In this document: positions 63,375 to 64,000 of the stretch, one piece after another | Position numbering within the stretch: position 1 is the stretch's first letter | How the letters are laid out: each line of letters starts with the position of its first letter | Assembly: GCA_035221665.1 (NCBI GenBank) | Contig: JAVHYY010000112.1 | Span: 372,001 to 436,000, forward strand | Direction: 5' to 3' | DNA: 64,000 nt | DNA from: Okamejei kenojei | Lineage: Eukaryota | The notes under the pieces: model-generated | What the model saw: the letters and a program-made list of their open reading frames with translations, nothing else | The model's database searches: none | Told to the model about the DNA's origin: nothing | Position numbers and translations under genes: made by a program

Positions 63375-64000
63375 CTGGGGGAGTAGAAAAGAGGAAACTG
63401 TTGTTACATGGAAAGGAAACGCGATGCTAATTTGGGGGTGGGGGTACATTTTTGGTATGCTTTGTTTATTTGTTGGAAAGCGACTGATCTACATGCAATC
63501 CCTCAATGCGTGCTAAGGAGCTGTGCGGATTAGCTATCCGCGGTTTACGCAGGTAGCGGGAGCCGTCACCCAGCCGCCTTTGATGAACCACAGACAGCAT
63601 ATTGCAGCAGCAGTTCCGCATCAGACGCCATCGTCCTGGACCTAAACCCTTCTCTTTAACAGCCAGGCAACAAGGAGTCGAACGTTAGATTCCCATTTCT
63701 CCGCTGCAGAACTTACCTTCAACACTACTCGCATCCAAACCCGTTGATCCCCAGCATTGCGATCAGCATCCCCACCTTGCAAGTGGATACCCGACTTTCT
63801 AATGAACATATCTTAATCAGTGAGAATTAGTGATAACACCCTTTCCACAATAATTATCTACAAGGGTGCCACATAAAGATATCTGCTCCGTCCCCGACTA
63901 TACTCCAAACACTCACGACCCCGCGGCCAAATTCGGCTGTAACTGCTCCCACAAGTTGCAGATAATAACAATCTCAACGTCACTGTCAAGGAGACGAAGG

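Noticed and set aside
63705-63775. Minus-strand donor AG|GTAAGT as candidate first exon of the GPCR
   Set aside because: The phase-1 frame does not resemble the expected hydrophobic TM1 start seen in the pseudogene exon 1 remnant.
1-64000. NAR-TCR cassette, J segments, constant exons, true tRNA genes or CRISPR arrays
   Set aside because: No FGxG/WGxG J motif with 12-RSS, no C1-set exon and no V with an extra CDR1 Cys were found by eye. tRNA-like boxes belong to SINEs, and the sequence is eukaryotic with no repeat-spacer array.

Overview
Vertebrate genomic DNA, most likely from an elasmobranch (skate/ray-like, judged from HE1-type tRNA SINEs and the CR1, Rex1, Tx1, Penelope and DIRS repeat content). 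The window is part of a T-cell receptor alpha/delta variable-segment array. It holds three V segments with open V exons and 22/23-bp-spacer RSS: 8138-8441 (-), 27470-28516 (+) and 54415-54885 (+). It also holds four clear V pseudogenes (about 2355-3733 -, 14994-15220 -, 19541-20033 -, 42979-43583 +) and several much more decayed V-like ghosts. Solid V segments left of about 20 kb point left; those right of about 27 kb point right. GPR139/GPR142-like class A GPCR genes are interleaved with the V segments: one intact main exon at 62461-63374 (-) and two pseudogenes carried with a V gene on a tandemly duplicated ~10-kb cassette. Much of the remainder is nested retroelements, including a ~90-bp Penelope-derived module with a minimal hammerhead-ribozyme core, one copy of which sits inside a V RSS spacer. 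No convincing D, J or C segments were found. An N gap spans 26285-27026.
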